NCBI GenBank assembly: GCA_027492205.1
Contig: JAOZFN010000016.1
Location: 1 to 64,000 of the forward strand
Length of the DNA: 64,000 nucleotides
Source: Thermoproteota archaeon
GTDB lineage: Archaea; Korarchaeota; Korarchaeia; Korarchaeales; Korarchaeaceae
Direction: 5' to 3'
In this document: piece by piece, positions 1 through 9,433 of the stretch
Layout: each line of letters opens with the position of its first letter
Numbering within the stretch: the stretch's first letter is position 1
Program-made: the position numbers and the translations under genes
Notes under the pieces: generated by a model
What the model was told of the DNA's origin: nothing
The model's input: only the letters and a program-made list of their open reading frames with translations
Database searches by the model: none

Positions 1-471
1 GTCGTCAGGTTCTACGAGTTCCTTAAGAGGAGGGTCGAGAGGGGCGACCCGATAGAGGTCTACCTGTTCAACAACACCGGCAGGATCATCGCCAAGTACA
101 GGTGGACCGAGGTGAGGCTGGGGGACAGGGTGATCGAGGCCCCAGAGCCCATCCTCGTGGAGAAGAACGGGATTCCCAAGGCCGTCGGTGGGGAGAGGCC
201 CACCATCGAGGAGACCGAGCTCTTCATCCTGCAGGCGGCCAGGGGGGCCGTGAGGTACAGGCCCCACCCGGTCTGGGGGGGGAAGGTCCTAATCCCGGAG
301 GAGGTCCCCGGGATAAGCGAGGAGCGCCTGAGGCAGCTGGACCCGACGACCTACCTCGACATGGGCGAGTTCAAGAGGCTCCTGCGGGCCCAGATCGAGG
401 TCAGCAAGTACTACCTCGACCGGAACTGCCCCGGCCTGCCCAGGGAGATCTACGAGGCCATGGACTTTTGA
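1..471 (+). CDS. 5'-truncated protein, probably the C-terminus of an archaeal ATP-type PEP carboxykinase-like protein
   Basis: Frame 1 is open from base 1 (VVRFYEFLKRR...IEVYLFNNTGRII...HPVWG...LDPTTY). VYLFN(N)TG resembles the PEPCK(ATP) VYLVNTG motif. Only the C-terminus is visible. Confidence 0.5.
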   Translation, partial: VVRFYEFLKRRVERGDPIEVYLFNNTGRIIAKYRWTEVRLGDRVIEAPEPILVEKNGIPKAVGGERPTIEETELFILQAARGAVRYRPHPVWGGKVLIPEEVPGISEERLRQLDPTTYLDMGEFKRLLRAQIEVSKYYLDRNCPGLPREIYEAMDF

Positions 472-788
472 TGAGGACTTCAACTCGGCAGCCGAGCACT
501 GGGTAGGGGGCAAGAGCTTAGACCTGAAGAGGAAGACAAATGCCCAGCGAGGGGGCTAAGACCTTAGGGAGGACAGGTTGCCTGAGTTAGCCCTCAGGCC
601 GCTCGAGGGGGCAGCGCGGCTGGAAAATCTCCAGCCGATCAGTTGGAGACCGCCATAGAAGAATGCTGTGGGCTGAGAGGGCGTATAAGGCCTGACCTAG
701 GTGAATTAGATCGACTAGGTGGAGACCGCCGGAGGATCTCCGCCCTCGACCTTTTTACGGTACGAGCTGGCCCCCCCTTGGATGAGTC

Positions 789-1547
789 ATGACAGGCAAG
801 ACCCTACGTATGGCTAGGATCTTCCGCGAAGGTAGGGCGGTCGTCATAGCTGCAGATCACGGAGTGGCGTTCGGCCCGATGAGGGGGATAGAGGACCTGG
901 GGAGGGTCGTCGCGGCCTCGGCCGTCGGAGGAGCTGACGCCGTCATGGTGAATCTCGGGGCCGTCAAGCACGTGAGTGGGAAGGCCGCAGGAAGGCTAGC
1001 TGTAATTGCTAGCCTCCCACTAAGGAAGAAGGTTAACTATGAGACCTTGGTCGAGACGGCAGTCAGGGCCGGTGTGGACGCCGTCAAGCTGATGGTCTTC
1101 ACCAACTGTCCTGAGGAGGACCTGTACGTGGACGCGCTTGTAGATGTGGCCAACGCATGCGAGGAGTGGGGCATGCCTCTGATGGCCGAGATGTACCCGC
1201 GAGAGAAGAACTTGGATCCGGAGGTTGTGGCTAGGGCCGCCAGGATAGCCTTTGAGGTAGGCGCCGACATCGTGAAGACCTTCTATACCGGCAGCCCGGA
1301 GACCTTCAGGGCTGTTGTTGAGTCCTGCCCCCTACCAATACTAATCCTGGGCGGGCCCAAGGTTGAGAGCGATGAACAGATGCTGAATATGGTGATGGAC
1401 GCCCTCGATGCGGGCGCCGCCGGAATAGCCTTTGGGAGAAATGTTTGGCAAAGGGATAGGCCTGAAGTTGTGATTAGAGCCCTTAGTGCGGTAGTTCACG
1501 ATAAATTGGGGGTTAAAGACGCCCTAGAACTCCTAAAGGGTCGCTAG
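789..1547 (+). CDS. Class I aldolase, DhnA/LsrF/ADH-synthase family
   Basis: AADHG, GADIVKTFY (Schiff-base Lys), LGGPK and FGRNVWQ motifs. Confidence 0.88.
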   Translation: MTGKTLRMARIFREGRAVVIAADHGVAFGPMRGIEDLGRVVAASAVGGADAVMVNLGAVKHVSGKAAGRLAVIASLPLRKKVNYETLVETAVRAGVDAVKLMVFTNCPEEDLYVDALVDVANACEEWGMPLMAEMYPREKNLDPEVVARAARIAFEVGADIVKTFYTGSPETFRAVVESCPLPILILGGPKVESDEQMLNMVMDALDAGAAGIAFGRNVWQRDRPEVVIRALSAVVHDKLGVKDALELLKGR

Positions 1548-1601
1548 GCACCTTGAGACTCACGGTTAATACTATGCGTGCTAGGGGCCCGAGGGTAGCC
1601 C

Positions 1602-2705
1602 ATGGAACTCGGCGTCGAGGTTGCTGGGCTCAGGCTTCGTAATCCTGTCATAATAGCCTCATGCCCCCTTACAGCCGATCTCCGAACCATCGAGCGAGTG
1701 GCCCAACAAGGTCCTGGCGCGGTGGTAACCAAGACGATAGCCACCCGGCCAGCGAGGCCCCCCAGGCCCAACATGTACAGACTCTCCGGCCTCGGCCTAC
1801 TCAACTGCGAAGACTGGTCGGAGAGATCTCTGAGCTACTGGGTAGAAGAGGGGATACCTGGAGCTAAGAAGATGGGCCTGAAGGTCATTGCAAGCATCGT
1901 CAGCCTCTCCGGATCGGCAGATGAGGTTGGAGAGCTAGCGGAAGCCGTCACGGGGGCCGGCGCAGACGCCATCGAAGTAACGTGTCTCTACGACCCTAGG
2001 GATCTCCCAGATCAGGTGAAGGAAGCGAAGTCTCGATCCGGCCTACCCACCTTCGCGAAGATCTCCATTCCAGTGCTCATGGATGAGTACGTCACGGAGA
2101 TAGCCTCTCGACTAATGCGGGCTGGAGCAGACGCAGTGGTGATAAGTGATACATACGGGCCTGCTCTCCACGTTGATGTCGCAACGGGAGAGCCAGTGTT
2201 AGGAAAGGCAAACGGATCCGGTCGACTCTCGGGCCCGGCAATCAAGCCGTTCACCATGTATTTCACGGCCCTAGTGACTCGAAGGGTGGGGGTTCCCGTC
2301 GTTGCCTGTGGCGGGATTTCGAACGCCAAGGATGTGGTAGAGGCCCTGCTGGTAGGTGCGTGGGCCGTAGAGATATGCACAGCCCCCCTTCTCAGGGGAG
2401 TAGACGTGATAGGGAAGATCATCAGGGAACTCGACTCGTTCTTGGAGTCCAACGGCATTCGTAGCGTGAGCGAGATCAGGGGCGCCGCCCTAGAGAGGAT
2501 AAAGCGGAGGGAGGAGATCGGTCCCCTGAGATATGGCCCTCCCCGTGTGGACGGCGAGAGGTGCACTGGATGCGGGCTCTGCGAGAAAGTATGTCCGAGA
2601 GGAGCCATAACGATAGTCAACGGTAAGGCGGTCGTTGACGTTACTCATTGTGCCGCATGCGGGCTATGCGTCTCGACATGTCCAGTTAGGGCGCTGGGGT
2701 GGTGA
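1602..2705 (+). CDS. Dihydroorotate/dihydropyrimidine dehydrogenase (PreA-like) FMN barrel fused to a 2x[4Fe-4S] ferredoxin domain
   Basis: LRNPVIIAS, GAVVTKT, LSGPAIKP and ACGGI motifs; C-terminal CTGCGLCEKVCP and CAACGLCVSTCP. Confidence 0.85.
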   Translation: MELGVEVAGLRLRNPVIIASCPLTADLRTIERVAQQGPGAVVTKTIATRPARPPRPNMYRLSGLGLLNCEDWSERSLSYWVEEGIPGAKKMGLKVIASIVSLSGSADEVGELAEAVTGAGADAIEVTCLYDPRDLPDQVKEAKSRSGLPTFAKISIPVLMDEYVTEIASRLMRAGADAVVISDTYGPALHVDVATGEPVLGKANGSGRLSGPAIKPFTMYFTALVTRRVGVPVVACGGISNAKDVVEALLVGAWAVEICTAPLLRGVDVIGKIIRELDSFLESNGIRSVSEIRGAALERIKRREEIGPLRYGPPRVDGERCTGCGLCEKVCPRGAITIVNGKAVVDVTHCAACGLCVSTCPVRALGW

Positions 2706-2708
2706 CCT

Positions 2709-4595
2709 ATGTACGGGTACACTGGCAAGATCCTCTGGGTTGACCTCACGAGGGGGAAGGCAGAGGGGAAGGACCTCAATCCTGGCCTGGCCAGGAACTA
2801 CCTTGGCGGAATGGGTCTGTGCATGAGGCTCCTCTACGACCTGACCGACGTAGACACCGATCCGCTAGGACCTGAGAATGTCCTTATATTTGCGGCCGGC
2901 CCGGTCACGGGGACGAGCTGGCCGGGCAGCGGAAGGCTTCAGGTGGCCGCCAAATCTCCCCTCACTGGCCTGGCTGGCTACAGCAACTCCGGAGGGCACT
3001 TTTCCCCGCACATAAAGTACGCCGGCTTCGACGCCATAGTAGTCGTGGGGAGGTCCGAGAAGCCCGTCTACCTCTTTGTAGAGGACGGTAGAGCTGAGAT
3101 TAGGGATGCCTCCGACCTATGGGGGCTCGATACTTGGGAGACCGAGGACGTCCTGAGGGAGAGACATGGGGAAGATGTCAGAGTGGCCGCGATCGGCCAG
3201 GCGGGGGAGAACCTCGTCAAGTTTGCCGCAATTGTCACCGGCAAGGGACGCGTCGCCGCCAGGGCTGGTATCGGGGCCGTGATGGGCTCCAAGAAGCTCA
3301 AAGCCGTGGCGCTGCGTGGAGAGGGCGGAGTCAAGGTTGCCGACCCTCGGGGATTCGAGGAGATGCTCGAGGAGGCCATGAGGAAGATAGATGGAAGCCC
3401 CTTCTCCGAGACCTACAGGGATCTTGGGACCCCCCTGCTGGTGCTGCCCATGAACGTCATAGGGAGGTTCCCGACGAAGAACCACTACATGGGATCCTTC
3501 GAGCGGGCCGAGGAGATAAGCGGTGAGAAGATAGTCTGGGGGTACAGGGTAGCAAAGAGGGCCTGCTTCTCCTGCAGGTTCCACTGCAAGAACATCCTCA
3601 AGCTGGGCGACACGATCGGAGATCACCCCGAGTACGAGACCATATGCTCCTTCGGGTCGAACATCCTGATAGACGACCCCGAGTTCATCATCAGGATGAA
3701 CTGGCTCTCAAACAGGCTCGGGATGGACACGATCTCCCTAGGCGGAACCATCGCCTGGGCCATGGAGTGCTACGAGAGGGGCCTGCTGACGAGGGAGGAC
3801 ACCGGGGGGCTGGAGTTGAAGTGGGGGGACAGGGACCTCGTGGAGAGGCTCGTGCGCATGACAGCGTTCAGGGAGGGGTTCGGCGACGTGCTGGCGGAGG
3901 GCGTCCGCAGAGCGTCTCAGATCATTGGAAGAGGCACCGAGAGGTACGCGATGCACGTCAAGGGGCTGGAGATACCGGCGCAGGACGGGAGGGCCCAGAA
4001 GAGCATGGGCCTCGCCCACGCCACGGCCGCCAGGGGGGCCGATCACCTGACGCACAGCACGTTCTTGGACGAGGTCGGCTTCGAGGAGGCCATCCGGGAG
4101 AGGTACGGAGAGCAGTACCTGCCCGAGATGGCCGACAGGTTCAGCCCGAAGTACAAGGGGATAATGGCGAAGGACTGCGAGGATCTGACCGCCGCCGTTA
4201 GCAGCATGGTCATCTGCGTTACGGCTGGTTGGCTCTTCCCGCCGCTGTTCTACTGGGAGGATCTGGCGAGGCTCTACACTGTAGTCACAGGCATAGAAGT
4301 CTCGGTGTCCGAGATGAAGAGAACAGCGGAGAGAATAGTGAACATCAGGAGGGCCTACCTGATCAAGCATGGGGTGACGAGAGCCAGCGACTCCCTACCT
4401 GAGAGGTTCACCAAGGAGCCAGCCCCCGCCGGAGGGTGTAAGGGACAGATCGTCGAGCTGGATCAGATGCTGGACGAGTACTATGAGGCGAGAGGCTGGA
4501 ATGTGGAGACCGGTCTGATACCACGAGGGAAGCTTATCGAGCTGGGGCTCGAGGACGTAGCCGACGACCTGGCAAGGTTAGGCAGGCTGCCGTAG
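2709..4595 (+). CDS. Aldehyde:ferredoxin oxidoreductase family (W/Mo-pterin) protein
   Basis: KSPLTG, GAVMGSKKLKAV, CFSCRFHC, EYET, GMDTIS, MHVKGLE and RGADH motifs. Confidence 0.95.
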   Translation: MYGYTGKILWVDLTRGKAEGKDLNPGLARNYLGGMGLCMRLLYDLTDVDTDPLGPENVLIFAAGPVTGTSWPGSGRLQVAAKSPLTGLAGYSNSGGHFSPHIKYAGFDAIVVVGRSEKPVYLFVEDGRAEIRDASDLWGLDTWETEDVLRERHGEDVRVAAIGQAGENLVKFAAIVTGKGRVAARAGIGAVMGSKKLKAVALRGEGGVKVADPRGFEEMLEEAMRKIDGSPFSETYRDLGTPLLVLPMNVIGRFPTKNHYMGSFERAEEISGEKIVWGYRVAKRACFSCRFHCKNILKLGDTIGDHPEYETICSFGSNILIDDPEFIIRMNWLSNRLGMDTISLGGTIAWAMECYERGLLTREDTGGLELKWGDRDLVERLVRMTAFREGFGDVLAEGVRRASQIIGRGTERYAMHVKGLEIPAQDGRAQKSMGLAHATAARGADHLTHSTFLDEVGFEEAIRERYGEQYLPEMADRFSPKYKGIMAKDCEDLTAAVSSMVICVTAGWLFPPLFYWEDLARLYTVVTGIEVSVSEMKRTAERIVNIRRAYLIKHGVTRASDSLPERFTKEPAPAGGCKGQIVELDQMLDEYYEARGWNVETGLIPRGKLIELGLEDVADDLARLGRLP

Positions 4596-4611
4596 TGGAG
4601 GTTGGTGTGGA

Positions 4612-5067
4612 ATGGTCCTATCAGTTATCCCAGAACCTTCTAGGTGTGTGTTCTGCTTTGAGTGCACGCTGGCCTGCTCATCCAGCCTTGAGGGGGAGTT
4701 TTCGCCAGCGAAGGCAAGGATAAGGGTTCTTGAGTCCAGGGAGGGGCACGGCCTGCCTATCGTGTGCGTGCAGTGCCCGGAGCACCCTTGCGTGGACGCC
4801 TGCCCGACCGGCGCCCTGCAGGTCGAAGTCGGTATAGTCAAAGTAGACGAGGGATCTTGCATTGCCTGCGGCGCCTGCACCTCTGCCTGTCCCATCGGAG
4901 CCGTGAGGGTGATCGGCGGCAGAGCGGTGAAGTGTCAGGTATGCTCTGAAGAACCCCCCTGCGTGAAGATCTGTCCTACGGGGGCGCTAAAGGTAGTGGA
5001 CGCCCCTGACGAGGAGAGGGAGAAGGCTCTGGGACTGCTGGTTGAGCTGACTGGAGGAGGTGGCTAG
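4612..5067 (+). CDS. 4Fe-4S multicluster electron-transfer subunit (AorA/DmsB-like)
   Basis: Four Cys clusters (CVFCFECTLAC, CVQCPEHPCVDACP, CIACGACTSACP, CQVC...CVKICP); lies directly after the AOR gene. Confidence 0.9.
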   Translation: MVLSVIPEPSRCVFCFECTLACSSSLEGEFSPAKARIRVLESREGHGLPIVCVQCPEHPCVDACPTGALQVEVGIVKVDEGSCIACGACTSACPIGAVRVIGGRAVKCQVCSEEPPCVKICPTGALKVVDAPDEEREKALGLLVELTGGGG

Positions 5068-5429
5068 GCTGCTCCCAGTGACCGAGTGCTCTGTCGAGGA
5101 TCTGTGGAAGTACCTTCAAGAAGACACCGCGCCGACCGTCATTCAGCCATTAAGGTCTACGGAGCCGCGCGGCCCCTTCCCATAGGTATCGACACGATCT
5201 TTGCGTCGGCCGTGGCCAGGGGGGTCGCCTATCCATGGCCCTCTCCAGAGCACGTTGGCCTTGGAGTCGTTTGGATCCCCGATCAGTCAACGGGACCAAG
5301 TTGGTCCTCCTCGGATATAGGATATACTTAAGGCGGTCGCAAAATCAGGTGAGGCGCAGGCGAGGGGCTGAGGTGGTGATCGCGGAACTCTGGCAGCTCG
5401 TCAGGGGTGCGTGGACAGGCGTGACTTAA
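5060..5429 (+). pseudogene. Decayed creatininase-family gene
   Basis: GGAGG then GTG at 5060. Segments in three frames (VIQPLRSTEPRGP / LPIGIDTIFASAVARGVA...SPEH / KLVLL...QVRRRRGAEVVIAELW) align with the intact paralog at 17517-18308 (IVPIGSTEQHGPHLPFGTDAIIAESVS...SAEH...KIVLL...QLRREIDALVVVVDTW). Confidence 0.7.
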
Positions 5430-5440
5430 GGTGGTGAGGC

Positions 5441-6631
5441 GTGAGGTCGGGGAGTCCCGAGGTTGATGTAGAGTATGCTCTCAGGCTGACCAAGGAGCTT
5501 GTTAGAATACCCAGTGTAACGGGCGAAGAAGGGGAGATAGCGAAGTTCCTGGCAGAGGAACTCAGCGGCTTGGGGCTCAAAGTCGAGCTAAGGAGGATTC
5601 AAAGCGACAGGTTCAACGTGATTGGCGTGCTGAAGGGAGAGGAGGAAGGCATAGCGCTGGCGTTCCACGGCCACACAGACACGGTCCCACCTTTCGGCAT
5701 GGAGAACCCCTTCTCGGCCAGGGAAGATGAGGAGTACATTTACGGTAGGGGATCCTGCGATCAGAAGGCAGGCCTGGCAGCCTCAATAGCTGCTCTAAAA
5801 GCCATCGTGGACTCTGAAGTTGAGCTCAGAAAGGGGCTTGCCTTCCTGGGAGTCGTTGACGAGGAGAGGGAGCACAGGGGCAGCTACGCTCTGGTGGAGG
5901 ACGGTTTCAAGGCCGACGCGGCGATCTGCACCGAGCCGACCGGGCTGGAGATCGCGGTGGGCTGCAAAGGTACTCTCCCCCTGAAGATCACCACATTTGG
6001 AAAGGCTGCGCACGGCTCCGCCCCCTGGAGAGGGGTCAACGCGGTCTACAAGATGGCCAAGGTGCTCCTAGCGCTAGAGGAGTTGAAGCCCAGAAGTGTG
6101 ACCGTTCCCGGCGTCGGAGAGGTTAGGGGCTCCATCAACGTGGGTCTAATACGGGGAGGAGAGGCCTACAACGTTGTACCAGACTCCTGCTCGATCTGGA
6201 TAGATAGGAGGCTCGTTCCAGGAGAAACCCAGGAAGATGCCCTTAGGGAGATCAGGGAGATCCTAGATGAGCTCGGTAGGTTGGACCCCAACTTCAGAGC
6301 TGAGCTGAGCGTGGACAGGCCGGATTGGGAGTGGGAGCCCATCAAGAAGAGAGGGCTGAAGCCGTGCCTCGTGAATCCAGAAGAGGACGTAGTCAAGTGG
6401 GTCAGAGAGGCTCACGAGAGCGTGGCTGGGGATCGCGGCAAGCTGAAGTTCTCCAGCGGGTACTTTGAGATGGACTTCCTCGTCAACGACCTAGGAATAC
6501 CGACCGCGGCGTATGGTCCGGGAGATCCCGAGCTGGCGCACACGCCCGAAGAGCGCGTCTCAAAGCGTCAGATAGTGATAGCGTCGAGGGTCTACGCTGC
6601 CGTCGCGATGTCTGCGGCACGGACCGCATGA
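5441..6631 (+). CDS. M20 family metallo-amidohydrolase (ArgE/DapE-like)
   Basis: HGHTDTV, GRGSCDQKAG, DEE, TEP, GKAAHGS and AHTPEE motifs. Confidence 0.92.
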   Translation: MRSGSPEVDVEYALRLTKELVRIPSVTGEEGEIAKFLAEELSGLGLKVELRRIQSDRFNVIGVLKGEEEGIALAFHGHTDTVPPFGMENPFSAREDEEYIYGRGSCDQKAGLAASIAALKAIVDSEVELRKGLAFLGVVDEEREHRGSYALVEDGFKADAAICTEPTGLEIAVGCKGTLPLKITTFGKAAHGSAPWRGVNAVYKMAKVLLALEELKPRSVTVPGVGEVRGSINVGLIRGGEAYNVVPDSCSIWIDRRLVPGETQEDALREIREILDELGRLDPNFRAELSVDRPDWEWEPIKKRGLKPCLVNPEEDVVKWVREAHESVAGDRGKLKFSSGYFEMDFLVNDLGIPTAAYGPGDPELAHTPEERVSKRQIVIASRVYAAVAMSAARTA

Positions 6632-6677
6632 GGAAATTGAGCGTCTTTCCTGTAAGCTCGAGCGTGTCTCTTTTTCC

Positions 6678-8051
6678 CTAAAACTCAATCTCTTTGGCTC
6701 TTTCGACGAGGCTCATTGCAGACTCGGTGGCCTTCTCGACGATCAGACGCTCGTCGACCGTGGTGACCCTCCGGTCCTGTACCACCACTCTGCCGTCTAC
6801 CACAACTGTAGAGACGTCGTTTCCGTTAGCATTGTAGACTAGAGCCGAGACGGGATCGTGAACTGGAGCAATGTGCGGCTTCCTCATGTCGACTACGATG
6901 AGATCGGCCTTCTTCCCCACCTCTATCGTCCCTAAGTCTCTCTCCAGGCCAAGCAACCTGGCGCCGGAAACTGTGGCCATCTCAAGGACCTGCCAGGCGG
7001 TGATCGCCGTTGGGTCGACGTTGCTCACCTTGTGCAGGCAGGCCGCGAACTTGAGGGATGCTATCGTGTCTTGGTTGTTGTTGCTGGCCGGACCATCGGT
7101 ACCCAGCGCCACGTTGACGCCGGATCTCAGCATCTGCGGAATTGGAGCCACTCCCGAGCCTAGGTACATGTTGCTAACGGGGTTGTGGACCACGTGAGTC
7201 CCAGACTCTGCCAGCATCTGGATCTCCCTCTTCGTGACCCAGACCCCGTGCACCACGTGAGTTCGGGGTCCGAGGAGCCTTATGTGGTCAAGGTACTCCA
7301 CGTGCCTCATGCCGACTTCCTTCACGAGGGCCTCGACCTCGGCCTTGGTCTCCGCCGTGTGTATGTGGAGCGGGACTCCGTACCTGTCCGAGAGCTCCTT
7401 AGCCCGGGCCATCGACTCCGCTGAGCAGAACCAGGGCGTCATCGGCGCCACGCCGACCATGAGCCTGCCCTCCTCCCTGCCGTGCCACTCCCTGATGAGC
7501 CTCTCTGACTCCCTGACCACGGTATCGATGTCTTCACGGAAGGGCTCCGGCACCACCCTGTCGTAGTACCCTCTGACGACGCAGCCCCGCACTCCACTCT
7601 GCCTGAGGGCCTCTAGAACCCTGTCGGTGTTGCGCGGGGACGTGTGGATGTAGTGGTTGTCTATCACGGTCGTCGCTCCGCTCTTGAGGTTCTCTATGGC
7701 CCCCAACAGGGCCGCCCAGTACACATCCTCCTCAGTGAGGGCAAGCGAAAGGGGCCATATCACCGACTTGAGCCAGTCTAGCAGCGGGAGGTCGACTCCG
7801 AGACCCCTCATGAGCACTTGGAACATGTGAGTGTGGGCATTCACCAGGCCTGGAAACACGGACATGCCCCGAGCGTCTATCTCTATCTCTCCCCTCTCCC
7901 TCAGCTCGTCGGCCCTCCCAACGTAGGCTATCCTGTCTCCCTCGATCCCGACGGCTCCCTGCTTCAGGATGGGTCTATCTTTGGCTAAGGTCACAACGTA
8001 GTCCGCCCTAATCACCAGGTCCAAGGGACTTCCCCCTCCCCCTTGGGACAA
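6678..8051 (-). CDS. Amidohydrolase, MTA/SAH deaminase / AtzA-TrzA-like (start may be TTG at 8024)
   Basis: PGLVNAHTH, HIHTAET, HGVW, HNPVSN, LGTDG and GKKADL motifs. Confidence 0.92.
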   Translation of the reverse strand: MSQGGGGSPLDLVIRADYVVTLAKDRPILKQGAVGIEGDRIAYVGRADELRERGEIEIDARGMSVFPGLVNAHTHMFQVLMRGLGVDLPLLDWLKSVIWPLSLALTEEDVYWAALLGAIENLKSGATTVIDNHYIHTSPRNTDRVLEALRQSGVRGCVVRGYYDRVVPEPFREDIDTVVRESERLIREWHGREEGRLMVGVAPMTPWFCSAESMARAKELSDRYGVPLHIHTAETKAEVEALVKEVGMRHVEYLDHIRLLGPRTHVVHGVWVTKREIQMLAESGTHVVHNPVSNMYLGSGVAPIPQMLRSGVNVALGTDGPASNNNQDTIASLKFAACLHKVSNVDPTAITAWQVLEMATVSGARLLGLERDLGTIEVGKKADLIVVDMRKPHIAPVHDPVSALVYNANGNDVSTVVVDGRVVVQDRRVTTVDERLIVEKATESAMSLVERAKEIEF

Positions 8052-9381
8052 ACTTCCCGTAGCCAGGCTTTACCTCCAGTGAGCCGTCTCTCGCGACCAC
8101 TCGGCCACGCACCACCGTCATCACGACTCTGCCACTGACCTCGAGCCCGTCGAAGGGGGTGTAGTCGGCCACTGACCTCATGTCGCCGCGCCCAATCCTC
8201 CCCCTGTATGAGGGATCAATCACGGTGAGATCTGCGTCTTTTCTCATCGAGATGCCGCCTTTCCTGTAATCTATGCCCAGTATCTTTGCCGGCATCTCAG
8301 AGGTGGCCTCTACGAACCTGCGGAGGCTGATCCTCCCCTTGACCACACCCTCGCTCCACAGCAAGATTACCGCAGTCTCAAGGCCGGGCAGCCCAGCGGG
8401 CACGTCCCAAGGGCTGTCGATGGACTTTTCCGCCTCCTTGAAGGCGCAGTGGTCTGTGGCGACGGCGTCTATCAGGCCAGAAGACAGGGCCTCCCAGAGG
8501 GAGGCTACATCTCTCTTTGTCCTGACGGGGGGAGTGACTATTATCAGTGGACCCAGCCTCTCGTAGTCGTCTAGCGTCAGCACCAGGTGATGAGGGGTCA
8601 CCTCTGCAGTGGTCAGCCCGTGGATCTCCTTGGCTAGGCTCAGCGCCCTGACGCCAGCCTCTGTTGAAACGTGACACACGTGCAGTCTGCTGCCAGCCTC
8701 GGAGGCAAGCACGGCTGCATCGAGGATGGCCTTTGCCTCGGCGACGGCGGGTCTAGAGAGGCTGAAGTCCTCCATTCGGTTCTTACCGGCAGATTTGGCT
8801 TCCGAGATAGCCCTGCTAATGATCTCCTTATCCTCGGCGTGAACTGAGATCACTGCATTCTCTTCTGCCACTAGACGCATGGCCTTCAGCAGCGTGAGGG
8901 AGTCAGGAATCGGGTCGGGCTCACACATCATCACTTCCCCCAGCCCGACGGCGCCGGCCTTCAGTATCTGGGGTATCTCCCTGAGATCTTCTTCCCGGTG
9001 TATCTCCCCGCAGTAGAGCGCAAAATCCACCATCGCTTCCTTACTTGCAGTCTCCAGCTTCCTTTTGAAGACCTCCATCGTGGCAGTGTGCCACTCCCCT
9101 ACGGAGGCCATGTCGGCTACCGTGGTCACCCCGCCGACGGCGGCCGCCGCGGTGCCCGTCTCGAAAGTCTCTCTGATCCACCCCGGTGAGAAGATGTGCA
9201 CGTGTGGGTCCACAGCTCCAGGAATCACGATTCTCCCAGAGAGATCGATCACGTCGTCAGCGTCTGGCATAACGGGCTCCATTCCAATGGCGGCAATGAC
9301 GCCCCCATCAATCCCTAGACAGAGGTCTCGAAGTTCACCATCGAGGTAGATCTTGCCGCCCTTGAGCAGAAGGTCTATCAA
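8008..9381 (-). CDS. Cyclic amidohydrolase (allantoinase/hydantoinase/dihydroorotase family)
   Basis: PGAVDPHVH, GGVTTVADM, HAED, HVCHVS, EVTPHHL, PPVR and ATDHCA motifs. Confidence 0.9.
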   Translation of the reverse strand: MIDLLLKGGKIYLDGELRDLCLGIDGGVIAAIGMEPVMPDADDVIDLSGRIVIPGAVDPHVHIFSPGWIRETFETGTAAAAVGGVTTVADMASVGEWHTATMEVFKRKLETASKEAMVDFALYCGEIHREEDLREIPQILKAGAVGLGEVMMCEPDPIPDSLTLLKAMRLVAEENAVISVHAEDKEIISRAISEAKSAGKNRMEDFSLSRPAVAEAKAILDAAVLASEAGSRLHVCHVSTEAGVRALSLAKEIHGLTTAEVTPHHLVLTLDDYERLGPLIIVTPPVRTKRDVASLWEALSSGLIDAVATDHCAFKEAEKSIDSPWDVPAGLPGLETAVILLWSEGVVKGRISLRRFVEATSEMPAKILGIDYRKGGISMRKDADLTVIDPSYRGRIGRGDMRSVADYTPFDGLEVSGRVVMTVVRGRVVARDGSLEVKPGYGKFVPRGRGKSLGPGD

Positions 9382-9408
9382 GTTACCCCTCCGCCCCCAC
9401 GGAGAGGA

Positions 9409-9418
9409 ACTTTAAATC
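9409..9418. promoter_or_regulatory. Palindromic TTTAAA TATA box in a 52-bp divergent spacer
   Basis: acTTTAAAtc (TTTAAA at 9411-9416) lies between starts at 9381(-) and 9434(+). Both genes have RBS-like GGAGGGGT or GAGGGTGA. Confidence 0.55.
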
Positions 9419-9433
9419 ACAGAGGGTGATGAG

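Noticed and set aside
625-639. 15-mer aaatctccagccgat repeated at 50410-50424
   Set aside because: A few 15-mer matches are expected by chance in 64 kb, and there is no further similarity.
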